From NCBI GenBank assembly GCA_963844035.1, contig CAWJMT010000005.1:64001-128000 (forward strand): a stretch of DNA of 64,000 nucleotides, written 5' to 3'. Below, one piece after another: positions 19,306 to 29,866 of the stretch; position 1 is the stretch's first letter, and each line of letters begins with the position of its first letter. This DNA is from an uncultured Gemmatimonadales bacterium. Its GTDB lineage: Bacteria; Gemmatimonadota; Gemmatimonadetes; Gemmatimonadales; GWC2-71-9. The notes under the pieces are model-generated. The model saw nothing but the letters and a program-made list of their open reading frames with translations, had not been told where the DNA came from and made no database searches. The position numbers and the translations under genes were made by a program.

Positions 19306-20027
19306 GCGCGCTTCCGGCCGGGGGTTGGAGCCTTGAACCGATACCCGGCGCCGCGCACCGTCTCGATCACGTCGCCGGCGGGTCCGAGCTTTTGGCGCAA
19401 GCGCTGCACGTGCATGTCCACGGTGCGGGTCTGGATGTCCGGCTGAGCCTGCCACACCGTCTCGAGCAGCTGCGCGCGGCTCTGCACCCGCCCCTGGCGC
19501 TCCATGAGCGTGCGCAGCAGCCGGAATTCGGTGGCGGTGAGCTCGATCTCGCGGCCGTTCACGGTTGCCTGGTGGGCGGTCTTGTCGAGCGCGATGGTGC
19601 CGGCGGCGAGCAGGCCTCCGGACGCGATGGCGGGTGCGGCGAGCCGCCGCAACACGGCGCCGACGCGCAGCACCAATTCGGGCGGCGAAAACGGCTTCGG
19701 CAGGTAGTCATCGGCGCCGAGCGACAGACCCTTGATGCGGTCGGGCTCGTCTTTGCGCGCGGTGAGCACGATGACGCCGATGTCCTTCGTCTCCTCCTGC
19801 CGGCGCAGCTCGGCCAGCACTTCGTACCCGGACAGGCCGGGGAGCATCAGGTCGAGGACGATCAGGTCGGGGCGCTCTTCCCGCGCGGCGCGCAGCGCGT
19901 CGCGACCGTTGGCGGCGGTGGTGACCCGGTAGCTCGCCTTGGCGAGGTGGTAGGCGACGAGTGCCGTAATGTCCGGCTCATCGTCCACCACGAGGATGCG
20001 CTGCCCGGCCGGCGGTGCGGAACTCAT
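19302..20027 (-). CDS. phoB: PhoB-like OmpR-family response regulator
   Basis: REC (LDLMLP) plus winged helix (TRTVDMHVQRLRQKL, IETVRGAGY); Pho context. Confidence 0.88.
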   Translation of the reverse strand: MSSAPPAGQRILVVDDEPDITALVAYHLAKASYRVTTAANGRDALRAAREERPDLIVLDLMLPGLSGYEVLAELRRQEETKDIGVIVLTARKDEPDRIKGLSLGADDYLPKPFSPPELVLRVGAVLRRLAAPAIASGGLLAAGTIALDKTAHQATVNGREIELTATEFRLLRTLMERQGRVQSRAQLLETVWQAQPDIQTRTVDMHVQRLRQKLGPAGDVIETVRGAGYRFKAPTPGRKRA

Positions 20028-20296
20028 AGCTGCACGTCTCCCCCGGGGTCGCGGCGCTTGAGCTTCCGCACGGCGTTCGCAGCGCCGGCCTTCGCGCGCG
20101 CTGTGGCATCGGTGTCCCGCACCAGCGTCACGACGGCGCGATCGCCGTCGGCCTCGACCGTCACGGCGAGCACGTCGTCGCCCCGGGTGCCGCGGGGCAA
20201 CAACCAGCGCGGCAGATCGAAAAATCCGGCGCCGTCCACTTCGACAACGGTCCGATTGTCCTCGTGGCGGTCCACGATCAGGCGATGGGCGTTCAT
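20024..20296 (-). CDS. DUF3006-like small protein
   Basis: IVDRHED...LPRWLLPRGTRGDDVL pattern; follows an MBL gene. Confidence 0.7.
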   Translation of the reverse strand: MNAHRLIVDRHEDNRTVVEVDGAGFFDLPRWLLPRGTRGDDVLAVTVEADGDRAVVTLVRDTDATARAKAGAANAVRKLKRRDPGGDVQL

Positions 20297-20317
20297 AGGG
20301 GGCTCCCAGTCGTGGCT

Positions 20318-21203
20318 TCAGTGCGGGCGTGGCAGGCTTCCAGCGCGCGCGGCGGTGACACGCCACGCGCCCGTGGGGCGCACGCGTACGGTAATCGTGC
20401 CCCGGTCCGCCGTGCAGTAGACCGGGATGCCCCGCGCTTTGATCATGGCCAGCACTTCAGCGAAGGGATGTTGCCGCCCATTCGCGCTGATGAGCACGGC
20501 GCGCGGCTGCACGACATTCAAGAGATCGGCGGTGGTCGCATTGGTCGAGCCGTGGTGGCCGGCCTTCAGCACGTCGGCGCGGAGCAGCGCGGGCCGGGTC
20601 ATCATCCACCAGCCGAACTCCGCCTCCTCGGCGTCGCCCGGGAACAGCATCGCGAACGTGCCATGCGTCAAGCGTACGCCGAGTGAGCAGTTGTTGATCG
20701 CGTCGCCGCCGGCGGTGGTGTCGAGCGTGCGGCAGCCCGGGGGTGGCGCGAGAATCCGGAGCGTGACCGTACTGCCGCCAGTCACCAGCGTGATCGTCCG
20801 CACCCCGGTATCGGCGGTGACGACGGTGATGTGCTTGGCGCTGACGGCCCGAAGCAGCGCGAGGTAGGTCTCCGCCGTCCGTCGGCGTTCCACCGTAGAT
20901 GAAGGCGCGTACGGGAATCTGGGCGATCACCCCGGCCATGCCGCCGTAGTGGTCGGCGTGGGGGTGCGACAGAATCAGGGCGGCGAGGGTATCGACGCGA
21001 AACTCGTGCAGACGCGCGAGCACTGTGGCACTGTGATCGCTGGCGTCGATCAGGATATGGCGCGCCCGGCTCCCGACCGAATCGGTGATGAGAATGGCGT
21101 CGCCGCCCATGCGCGCGTCGCTCACGTCCAGCACCCGGATCAGGAGAACCGCCGAATCGCCGGGCGCCGCGAGCAGCGACGCGCAGAGGAAAACGGTCCA
21201 CAT
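20318..21203 (-). CDS. ComEC/Rec2-like metallo-beta-lactamase-fold hydrolase, exported (frameshift ~20890)
   Basis: GDAILI, SHPHADHYGG, NNCS, FPGDAE and LKAGHHGS motifs; signal peptide. Confidence 0.85.
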
Positions 21204-21250
21204 GCGCCGTCAAGGTAGCGTCGCGAGCCGCGCCTTGGCAATTTTCGGGC

Positions 21251-22504
21251 ATGCGCGACGAACGGCTGCGAGTGTTTATCAACGAACGGCCGGTGGACGT
21301 CGCTTCCGGCGCGACCGTGCGGGACGCCGTCGCTGCGTTCGACCGCGGCCTCTCCGACATGCTGGCCACGGCGGCGGCCTATGTGACTGACGGTGTCGGC
21401 CGCGTCGTGGACGGCACGGATCCCGTGGGCGAAGCCGGCGGCGTGTTTCGCGTCGTGGTCACGGCAGGCCGCGGCGCTCCGCTCTTGTCGAAGGACACCC
21501 TGCGCCGTTGGCCCAAGGCCGAGCTGCACGTGCATCTGGACGGCAGCCTGCGGGCGGCGACGATGCTCGATCTCGGGCGCGAGCAGGGCATCCGCCTGCC
21601 GGCCGACACGCCCGACGCGTTGACGCGAGCCTTGGCCGGGTCGAAAGCGAAGAATCTCGAGGAGTACCTCGCGCGGTACCAGCTGACGCTCGCGGTCATG
21701 CAGACCGCCGCCGCGCTGGAGCGGATCGCGTACGAGCTGATCGTCGATCTCGCTGCGGAGCACGTTCGCTACGCGGAAGTGCGGTATTCGCCCCTGCTGC
21801 ACCGTCCGGCCCTGTCGCTGCCTGAGGCAATTGAGGCGCCGCTCCGCGGGTTCCGGCGGGCAGCCGCCGAGACGGGGACCAAGGTCGGGGTCATCGTGTG
21901 CGCGATTCGCACCCTCCCGCCGGCGCAATCGGTCGAGTTGGTGGAGGCAGCCGTGGACTATCAGGCCGCCGGGGTCGTCGGGTTCGACCTGGCCGGCGCC
22001 GAGCGGGGACACCCCGCGGAGGAGCACCGGGCGGCGTTCGCGCTCGCCGCGCGCCATGGGCTCGCGTGCACCTGTCACGCAGGTGAAGGGGACGGTCCCC
22101 GATCGATCCACCAGGCCATCCACGCCTGCGGCGCGCAGCGCATCGCCCACGGTACCCGGCTGGGAGAGGACCCTGCGCTGCTGGCGCACGTCATCGAGCG
22201 GCGGATTCCGCTCGACATGTGCATCACGAGCAACGTGCACACCCACGCGGTCGCGTCCGCTGCGGAGCATCCGCTGCGGCGCTATCTCGAGCAGGGAGTC
22301 GTCGTCACACTCAGCACCGACGGACGCCTGGTGGACGGCGTCACGCTCACCGATGAGTACCATCTCGCGCACACGGCGCTCGGGTTGGGCAGGGACGACC
22401 TCATGCGCCTGGTCTACAACGCCTGCGAAAACGCATTCCTTCCGGAGTTCGAGCGGGTGGCGTTGGTGGCGCGGGTAGAGAGCGAGATGGAGAGCATCGA
22501 ATGA
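21251..22504 (+). CDS. add: Adenosine deaminase with N-terminal ThiS/MoaD-like extension
   Basis: PKAELHVHLDGS, GFDLAGAE, HAGE and RIAHG motifs. Confidence 0.9.
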   Translation: MRDERLRVFINERPVDVASGATVRDAVAAFDRGLSDMLATAAAYVTDGVGRVVDGTDPVGEAGGVFRVVVTAGRGAPLLSKDTLRRWPKAELHVHLDGSLRAATMLDLGREQGIRLPADTPDALTRALAGSKAKNLEEYLARYQLTLAVMQTAAALERIAYELIVDLAAEHVRYAEVRYSPLLHRPALSLPEAIEAPLRGFRRAAAETGTKVGVIVCAIRTLPPAQSVELVEAAVDYQAAGVVGFDLAGAERGHPAEEHRAAFALAARHGLACTCHAGEGDGPRSIHQAIHACGAQRIAHGTRLGEDPALLAHVIERRIPLDMCITSNVHTHAVASAAEHPLRRYLEQGVVVTLSTDGRLVDGVTLTDEYHLAHTALGLGRDDLMRLVYNACENAFLPEFERVALVARVESEMESIE

Positions 22505-23340
22505 AGGGGAAGGGGGACGAGGGAGGGGGGACGGGTACTGCCGAGCATGCGGCCGACATCGTCGCGAAACGCCTGGCCGGACTCGAGCCCCGCGTCGCGA
22601 TCGTGCTCGGCTCCGGTCTGGGGGGACTGGCCGATCAGATCCGTGACCCGCAGCGCATCCCGTATGTCGAGGTCCCGGGCTTCCCGGTTACCGGTGTGGC
22701 GGGCCACCAAGGCACGCTCGTAGTCGGCACGCTCGCGGGAGTCCCGGTGATCGTGCAGAGCGGCCGCTTCCACTTGTACGAGGGGTATGCCCCGAGTGTG
22801 GCGGCCCTACCGGTGCGCTTGTTTCACCGCCTCGGCGTGCGCACCCTGATCGTCACCAACGCGGCGGGGGGAATCCGCGCCACGTTCCGGCCCGGCACCC
22901 TCATGGTGATCGCCGATCACATCAATCTGATGATGCGGAATCCCCTCACCGGCCCGGTCGAACCCGGTGAGGAGCGTTTTCCGGACATGAGCGATCCCTA
23001 TGACGCCGGGCTCCGCGCCCGCGCAAGCGATGCCGCCCGCGACGCCACAGTGCCGCTCGAGGCGGGAGTGTACGCCGGTGTGCTCGGTCCCTCGTACGAG
23101 ACGCCGGCGGAGATCCGCATGCTGCAGCGCCTCGGCGCCGACGCCGTCGGGATGTCTACGGTGCCCGAGGTGTTGGTCGCCCGCGCGTGCGGCATGTCGT
23201 GTCTCGGCTTTTCCGTGATTGCGAACATGGCGGCCGGGTTGTCTTCGGAGAAACTGTCGCACGAAGACGTGGTGGCCGCGGGTGCGCGGGCCGTAGGTCG
23301 GTTGGCGGCGGTTGTGGCGGGAGTGGTGCGTCGTTTGTAG
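22501..23340 (+). CDS. punA: Purine-nucleoside phosphorylase (trimeric type)
   Basis: LGSGLG, GRFHLYEG, GPSYETPAE and VGMSTVPE motifs. Confidence 0.93.
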   Translation: MKGKGDEGGGTGTAEHAADIVAKRLAGLEPRVAIVLGSGLGGLADQIRDPQRIPYVEVPGFPVTGVAGHQGTLVVGTLAGVPVIVQSGRFHLYEGYAPSVAALPVRLFHRLGVRTLIVTNAAGGIRATFRPGTLMVIADHINLMMRNPLTGPVEPGEERFPDMSDPYDAGLRARASDAARDATVPLEAGVYAGVLGPSYETPAEIRMLQRLGADAVGMSTVPEVLVARACGMSCLGFSVIANMAAGLSSEKLSHEDVVAAGARAVGRLAAVVAGVVRRL

Positions 23341-24153
23341 CTAGAGCCCTTCAATCGGCGGACGCGGCGGCCCCGGAACGAAGTGGTTCAGCGGCCCGTG
23401 TCCGCGCCCCAGACCCGGCGCGGCCGCGATCGCCCGCTGCACGAAGTCCACCGCATCTTCGACTGCCCGTTCGAGCGGCCGCCCATGCGCGAGCCCCGCG
23501 GCGATCGCAGCCGACAGCGTGCACCCCGTGCCATGCGTTGCGGTGGTGTCGATGCGAGGGTGGGTGAATACCCTCGTTACGCCCCCGTCTACCATCAGGA
23601 TGTCCTGAATTTCGTCGTCCATCAGGTGTCCGCCGGTGACCAGCGCTGCCCGCGCGCCCAGCTTGAGCAGCGCCCGTCCCGCGCGCGCCATGTGCGCGGG
23701 GGTGCGAACCTCCTCACCCACGAGGATGGCCGCCTCGTGGAGGTTGGGCGTGACGAGGGCCGCGAGAGGGATGAGGCGCCGGACGATCTCGTGCTCCGCG
23801 TCGCGGTCGAGCAGGCGGTCGCCGGAGGTCGCGACCATCACCGGATCGAGCACATAGGTGCGCAGGCCGTGCCGCCCGATCGCGTCGGCGACCGCCGTGA
23901 CGATCTCGGCGGAGCCCAGCATGCCGCTTTTCAAGGCGAGCGGGGGAAGGTCGGTGGCGACCGCGTCGATCTGTTGGACCACAAGATCGGACGGCTGGGC
24001 CTTCCACGCCCGCACCCCGAGCGTGTTTTGGGCCGTCACCGCCGTGATCACGCTGGTGCCGAAAACCCCGAACTGGTGGAACGTCTTGAGGTCGGCCTGG
24101 ATCCCGGCCCCACCGCCCGAGTCCGATCCGGCGATGGTGAGGGCGATCCTCAT
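23341..24153 (-). CDS. thiD: Hydroxymethylpyrimidine/phosphomethylpyrimidine kinase
   Basis: [19 protein letters not shown] and THGTGC motifs. Confidence 0.96.
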   Translation of the reverse strand: MRIALTIAGSDSGGGAGIQADLKTFHQFGVFGTSVITAVTAQNTLGVRAWKAQPSDLVVQQIDAVATDLPPLALKSGMLGSAEIVTAVADAIGRHGLRTYVLDPVMVATSGDRLLDRDAEHEIVRRLIPLAALVTPNLHEAAILVGEEVRTPAHMARAGRALLKLGARAALVTGGHLMDDEIQDILMVDGGVTRVFTHPRIDTTATHGTGCTLSAAIAAGLAHGRPLERAVEDAVDFVQRAIAAAPGLGRGHGPLNHFVPGPPRPPIEGL

Positions 24154-24252
24154 CGGCTCACCGCGGCGCCCAGCGCTTGGCAAACCTCGTCGCTCCCGCG
24201 AGCTTTAAAGGCCGCACGCGGTAGCACAGCCCACAGGCAGGAGACGGGACGC

Positions 24253-25056
24253 ATACCGAGTAATCTGCAGTCAACGCTGCTTGACTTACAGCGCCGCAAG
24301 GCGCGTGGCCGCCGGGGCCTCGCGTTGGTCGAGGGCGTGCGGCTCGTGGAGGAAGCGCTGGCCGCCGGCCTCAAGCTGCGGGGCGCCCTCGTGTCCCCCG
24401 ACCTCGAGCGCACGGCCCGGGGCACGGCGTTGCGCGTGGAGCTCAAGCGCCAGGGAATCGTCGTCGAGGAGATTTCCGCGCGGGCGCTCGACAAGCTTGC
24501 CGATACCGAGACACCGCAAGGCATCGTCGCGGTGGTGGAGCCGCGGAAGTGGGTGGCCGACGAGCTGCCACTTGCCGGCGGCGGCGTGGTGCTCGTGATC
24601 GACGGGGTGCAGGATCCCGGCAATGTCGGAACGTTGATCCGCACCGCCCATTCGCTGGGCGCCGCCGGCACGGTCGTGCTCCGCGGCACGGCCGACATCG
24701 TGAGTCCCAAGGCGCTCCGGGCGGCGATGGGGGCCACGTTCCGGCACCCGGTGGTGGCGCTCGACGACGCGGGGTTCATCGCCTGGGCGCGCAAGCACGG
24801 CGTCACGCTATGGGCCGCCGCGGCGGACGGGACGCCGCTCCACAAAGCCCTTCCCGAGCCCGGGCGGGGCAAGGGGGATGTGGGGCGCGATTCGCCGATC
24901 GCGGTGATCGTCGGGAACGAGGGGGCCGGGGTTCGTCCCCAGCTGAACGCGGTGTCGACCAAGCGGGTTGCCATCCCGCTTTCTCAGGGCGCCGAATCCC
25001 TGAATGTCGCGGTGGCCGCGGGGATCCTCCTGTACGAGGTGTTGCGTGGCCATTGA
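24253..25056 (+). CDS. TrmH/SpoU-family RNA methyltransferase
   Basis: VEGVRLVEEA, QDPGNVGTLIRTA, VGNEGAG and ESLNVAVA motifs; the best RBS-linked start reads ATA. Confidence 0.9.
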   Translation: MPSNLQSTLLDLQRRKARGRRGLALVEGVRLVEEALAAGLKLRGALVSPDLERTARGTALRVELKRQGIVVEEISARALDKLADTETPQGIVAVVEPRKWVADELPLAGGGVVLVIDGVQDPGNVGTLIRTAHSLGAAGTVVLRGTADIVSPKALRAAMGATFRHPVVALDDAGFIAWARKHGVTLWAAAADGTPLHKALPEPGRGKGDVGRDSPIAVIVGNEGAGVRPQLNAVSTKRVAIPLSQGAESLNVAVAAGILLYEVLRGH

Positions 25057-25843
25057 TGTCCTGGCGCTGTTGATCGCCGGGGTCGTGGGCCTGTGTTTTG
25101 GCAGCTTCCTCAATGTCTGTATCCTGCGACTTCCCAACGACGCGCCCAAAGACCGTTCCCTCATCCATCCTCCGTCGTCCTGTCCCAGGTGCAAGCATCT
25201 CATCGATTGGCGTGACAATATCCCCGTCGTGTCGTGGCTGGTGTTGGGCGGCAAGTGCCGCTGGTGCCAGGCACCGATTTCACGCCAGTACCCGATCATC
25301 GAAGCCATCGTGGGCCTGCTGTGGGTGAGCGCGGCGGCGAAGTACGGAGTCAGCGCCCACGGGCTCGCGGCAGGCATCTTCGGCACCGTGCTGCTTGGAA
25401 TCGGCATCATCGATTGGCGGCACAAGATCATCCCGGACGAGCTCAGCTATGGCGGACTGGTGCTGGGCCTCGCGATCTCCCTCGCCGGCGGGGCACCCGG
25501 TTTCGTGCAGGCCGTGCTGGGGGCCGCGGTCGGCTGGGGCTTGTTTTGGGCGATCCGCGTGGTTGGCGGGTGGCTGTTCAAGCAGGAGGCGATGGGGTGG
25601 GGGGACATCAAGATGATGGCCATGGTGGGCGCGTTCGTCGGCTGGAAGAACGTCCTGATCACTCTGTTTCTCGGCGCACTCACGGGCAGCCTGGTGTACG
25701 TGCCGTTGCTGCTTCGCGACCTGCGCAACATGCAACGACACGAAGTCCCCTTCGGGGTATTCCTGGCCATAGCGGCGGCGATCACCTTCGTGTCGGGGGA
25801 CTCCATCATTTCCTGGTACCTGCAGTTCCTCCACGGCAGCTGA
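25046..25843 (+). CDS. pilD: Type IV prepilin peptidase (A24)
   Basis: GSFLNVCI.RLP, CPRC...CRWC, MGWGDIKM and PFGVFL motifs. Confidence 0.92.
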   Translation: MAIDVLALLIAGVVGLCFGSFLNVCILRLPNDAPKDRSLIHPPSSCPRCKHLIDWRDNIPVVSWLVLGGKCRWCQAPISRQYPIIEAIVGLLWVSAAAKYGVSAHGLAAGIFGTVLLGIGIIDWRHKIIPDELSYGGLVLGLAISLAGGAPGFVQAVLGAAVGWGLFWAIRVVGGWLFKQEAMGWGDIKMMAMVGAFVGWKNVLITLFLGALTGSLVYVPLLLRDLRNMQRHEVPFGVFLAIAAAITFVSGDSIISWYLQFLHGS

Positions 25844-25847
25844 GCCG

Positions 25848-26997
25848 ATGAGCGATTCGCTCAGCGGCCTGTTCGAAACAGGCGACGTGCTGGAACGAGT
25901 CGGCGTCGATCTCACGGCACAAGCGCGGCGCGGCGACCTCGAGCCGGTGCGCTGCCGCGACGCCGAAATTTCCCGCGTCATCGATATCGTGCTGCGGCAG
26001 AGCAAGAACAACCCCGCCCTCATCGGGAGTGCCGGAGTCGGCAAGACGGCGATCGTCGAGGGCCTGGCGCAGCGGATTGCCGCGGGTGAGGTCCCACCGG
26101 CGCTGAAGGACGCGCGGATCGTCGCCCTCGACCACGTCGCCCTGCTGGCGGGAACCGCGTTCCGCGGCCAGTACGAGGAGCGCGTCCGCAAACTCGTCCG
26201 GGCACTCGGGGCGGACCCCGATCTCATCCTGTTCGTGGACGAGCTGCACAACCTGATGGGCCAGGGCACTGCCATGGGCGCCGCGATGGATGCCGCCAAC
26301 ATGCTGAAGCCGGCCCTGGTGCGCGGCGACATCCGCGTCATCGGCGCGACCACCGGGGGCGAGTACGACCGCTGGGTGCGGGGCGACCCCGCGCTCGAGC
26401 GGCGCTTCCAGCCCGTGCCGGTGGAAGAGCTCGACGCCATCCAGACGTGGGAAGTCCTCGTCGCACGCCGGCCGCGGCTCGAGCGCCACCACGCCGTCGC
26501 GATTACCGACGACGCGCTCAAGGCTGCGATCGTGCTCACCGACCGCTTCGTGCTCGACCGCGCGCGTCCCGACAAAGCGATCGACGTGCTCGATGAAGCG
26601 TGCGCGCACGCCCAGGCGACGGCCCGCGTGTCGCCCGAGCTCGACCGCTTGATCCGCGAGCGACGCAAAGTGGATGGGTTGATCCGGCGGGGAGGGGGAG
26701 GAGGGCAACGCGAGCGCTGAGCAAGGACCTGCCGACGACCTGGTGGCGGAGATCTTTCCGGTGCTGGAACGGATCGGAGAAGAGATCGAAAGAATGCTGG
26801 GCGGGCAGGCCAAAGCCGCGGAGCCTCCGCCCGCCAGCCCGGCTGCCCGCCCGACCGCCACACTTGCGGACCAGCGGGCAGAACTCGACCGTCTCCTCCG
26901 TACCGAGCTCGAGCGTCAAGGCATCGTCGTGGGCGGACAGGACGTCGCCCGGGTGGTCGCGATGGCGGTCGGAAAGGGGATCGAGTGGACCGGATGA
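25848..26997 (+). CDS. Stand-alone ClpA/B-type AAA+ NBD1 protein (frameshift ~26700)
   Basis: KNNPALIG.AGVGKT, FRGQYEER, FVDELH, IGATT, LERRFQ and PDKAIDVLDEA motifs; ends at DVARVV...GI. Confidence 0.85.
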
Positions 26998-28223
26998 AAA
27001 CCGCATGGTTGTCGTTTACGCTGGCAGCGATCACGCTGGCGGCGTTCGGAGTGTTGGCGTGCGGTGAGCGGGCAAGGGAAGTGCAGGGCGAATCCGAGCT
27101 GAAGCGCGCGGTGGACCAGATGATGCCCGCGGTGGAGCGTGCCACGGGACTCAAGTTCAAGCGGCATCCGTCGGTGCTGCGACGCACCCGGGCGGAGGTG
27201 CGAAACTACGTCGTCCACAAGTTCGACGAGGACCTGCCGGCTACTGAGTTGGCTGACGCGCAGGCGGCCTACCGGCTCTTCGGGTTGCTCCCCGACTCGG
27301 TGGACCTGCTGCGCATGATGATCGACCTCCTGACGGAACAGGTGGCGGGCTACTACGATGCCGACTCGGCCGCCCTGTACATTCCTACGGATGTCGACCC
27401 CGCGCAGGCGCGGCTCGTCATTTCGCACGAGCTGGTCCACGCGCTGCAGGGACAGTACGTCGATTTGAATTCTCTCATCCAGCAGCCGCACCAAAACGAC
27501 CGTCGCTCCGCCGCGCAGGCGATCCTGGAAGGACAGGCGACGCTCGCGCAGATCCTCGTCCTCATGCCCGAGCAGAAGGTCGAGAGCCTGCCGAACTTTT
27601 GGGAGCTGCGCAATGCACTCGGCACCCAGCAGGCGCAGATGGCTGTCTTCTCCCAGGCGCCCCAATGGCTGCGAGAGCGCCTGATCTTTCCGTACCTGGC
27701 GGGCGCGGAATTCATGCGACACTTCGAGCAGGCGCACCGGGGAAAGCAACCATTTGGCCCCCTCATGCCTGTGTCCACCGAACAGATCCTGCACGCCGAC
27801 CGCTACGAAGCGGGAGACCGGCCCACCGAATTGGCGTTCATCTCGCCCACGGCCGACACCCTGCGATACGAGGACGACCTGGGTGAATTCGAGATGCGGC
27901 TGTTGCTCGCCCAGCTGCTCGAGAACGAGGCACAGGCGACCCACCTTTCTACCGGATGGGACGGCGACCGCTACGCCGTGCTCGGTGCGGCGGCCGATGC
28001 CCTGGTGTGGTACACGGTATGGGACGACCGCGCGACGGCCGATCGCTTTGCGGTGGGCCTCAAGGCCGCCTGGGTCAAGCGGCGGGCCGGCGGTCCCGCG
28101 GGGCGGCGGTCGGAAATCGTTCGCCTGCCGCTGGGGACCCTGCCGGCCGTGCGCCTGATGGACGCGCCGGAGAGCTGGGTTGGCTGGAAACACCCGCCCA
28201 AGGTGCGTGTCGCAGGTAAGTAG
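26994..28223 (+). CDS. Lipoprotein with HExxH zinc-metallopeptidase-like motif
   Basis: Lipobox VLAC; VAGYYD, SHELVHALQ, EGQAT and GWDGDRY motifs. Confidence 0.7.
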   Translation: MKTAWLSFTLAAITLAAFGVLACGERAREVQGESELKRAVDQMMPAVERATGLKFKRHPSVLRRTRAEVRNYVVHKFDEDLPATELADAQAAYRLFGLLPDSVDLLRMMIDLLTEQVAGYYDADSAALYIPTDVDPAQARLVISHELVHALQGQYVDLNSLIQQPHQNDRRSAAQAILEGQATLAQILVLMPEQKVESLPNFWELRNALGTQQAQMAVFSQAPQWLRERLIFPYLAGAEFMRHFEQAHRGKQPFGPLMPVSTEQILHADRYEAGDRPTELAFISPTADTLRYEDDLGEFEMRLLLAQLLENEAQATHLSTGWDGDRYAVLGAAADALVWYTVWDDRATADRFAVGLKAAWVKRRAGGPAGRRSEIVRLPLGTLPAVRLMDAPESWVGWKHPPKVRVAGK

Positions 28224-28268
28224 CCCCCACTTGGTTTCGAGCACCTCGCTAAGTAGCTTCACGGGCTT

Positions 28269-29598
28269 ATGTTTACGGCGCTGTCCGAGCAGCTGACCGC
28301 GGTCCTCAAGAGGCTCACGGGCCGCGGCGTGCTGTCCGGGGACGACGTGACCGAGGCGCTGCGCGAAATCCGGCGTCATCTGCTCGAGGCGGACGTGAGC
28401 TTCGAGGTCACGCGCGGATTTGTGGAGCGGGTGCGCGAGCAGGCGATCGGCGCCGTGAAACTCGGCTCCGTGAGCCCGGGCCAGCAGGTGGTCAAGCTGG
28501 TGCGCGACGAGATCGCCCGGATGCTGGGCGCATCGGACGACGATCTCGCAGCCAAGGTGGCACGGCATGCCACGCCCCTCCAGCTCGCGTCCGTCGGTCC
28601 GACGGTCATCCTGCTGGTCGGGCTGCAGGGTTCGGGCAAGACGACGACCGCAGCGAAGCTCGCGCGCCGTCTGAAGCTCGAGCAGAAGGCGCCGGGGTTG
28701 GTGGCGGCGGACGTGTACCGGCCGGCGGCGCGCGAGCAACTCGCGCAGCTCGGCGGCGCAGGTTGGTGTGCCGGTGTTTGGGGCAGCGGAAGAGGGAAGC
28801 GGGAAGAGTGTCGTCGACGTGGTTCGCGACGCGCTCAAGGCCGCTGAAAAGGAACGCTGCCGCGCCGTCATCGTGGACACCGCCGGCCGCTCGCAGGTCG
28901 ACGCCGAGCTGATGGACGAGCTGCGCGCGCTCAAGGCCGCCGCGTCACCGCGCGAGATCCTGCTCGTGGCCGACGGCATGACGGGGCAGGACGCGGTGCG
29001 GTTGGCGCGCGGGTTTCACGACGGGGTCGGGTTGACCGGCGTGATCCTGACCAAGCTCGACGGCGACGCGCGGGGCGGGGCGGCGCTCTCGATCCACGGC
29101 GTCACCGGAGTGCCGATCAAGTACGTCGGCACCGGCGAGCAGGTGGATGCGTTCGAGCCGTTCGATCCCGTGCGCATGGCGGGTCGGATCCTCGGGCAGG
29201 GCGACGTGGTCGCGCTGGTCGAGAAAGCGGCGGCGACGATCGACGCGGACGCTGCCAAACGGCTCGAGCAGAAGGCACGCTCCAAGCGCGGCATGGACCT
29301 CGCCGATTTTCTGGTGGCGTTGAAGCAGATGCAGGCGATGGGGCCCATCAAGAACGTGCTCGGGATGTTGCCGGGGATGAGCGCCAAGGTGCTGAAGGAC
29401 GTACCGGCCGACGACAAGCGCCTCAAGCACGTCGAGGCGATCGTGTTGTCGATGACGCCGAAGGAACGGGCGGACCCGAAGATCCTGAACGGTTCGCGCA
29501 AGCTGCGAATCGCGAAGGGGGCGGGGCGTCCGGTGCAGGAAGTCAACCGATTGCTGGAGCAGTTCCAGCAGATGCGCAAGCTCCTACAGAAGGTGTAA
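28269..29598 (+). CDS. ffh: Signal recognition particle protein (frameshift ~28760)
   Basis: GLQGSGKTT, DTAGR and TKLDGDARGG motifs; M domain. Confidence 0.96.
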
Positions 29599-29608
29599 GG
29601 ACGACTCT

Positions 29609-29866
29609 ATGGCAACTCGAATTCGGCTGCGCCGGATGGGGCGGACGGGACAGAGCTACTTCCGCATCGTGGTCGCCGACCAGAAATCGCCCCGCGACGG
29701 GCGGTTCGTGGCGACCATCGGCCACTACAATCCGCGGACCAACCCCGCCGAGATCAAGGTGAACGCCGAACAGGCCCTGGCGTGGCTCGCCAAGGGAGCG
29801 ATGCCCACCGATACGGTGCGCTCGCTTCTCAAGAAGGCCGGGGTGTTCGGCACACGCCCCGCGTAG
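29609..29866 (+). CDS. rpsP: 30S ribosomal protein S16
   Basis: RIRLRRMG...FRIVVAD..SPRDG. Confidence 0.97.
   Translation: MATRIRLRRMGRTGQSYFRIVVADQKSPRDGRFVATIGHYNPRTNPAEIKVNAEQALAWLAKGAMPTDTVRSLLKKAGVFGTRPA

Noticed and set aside
24154..24255. TPP riboswitch upstream of thiD; ATA start codon of trmH
   Set aside because: No TPP consensus is visible; ATA may be a base-call error for ATG and cannot be judged here
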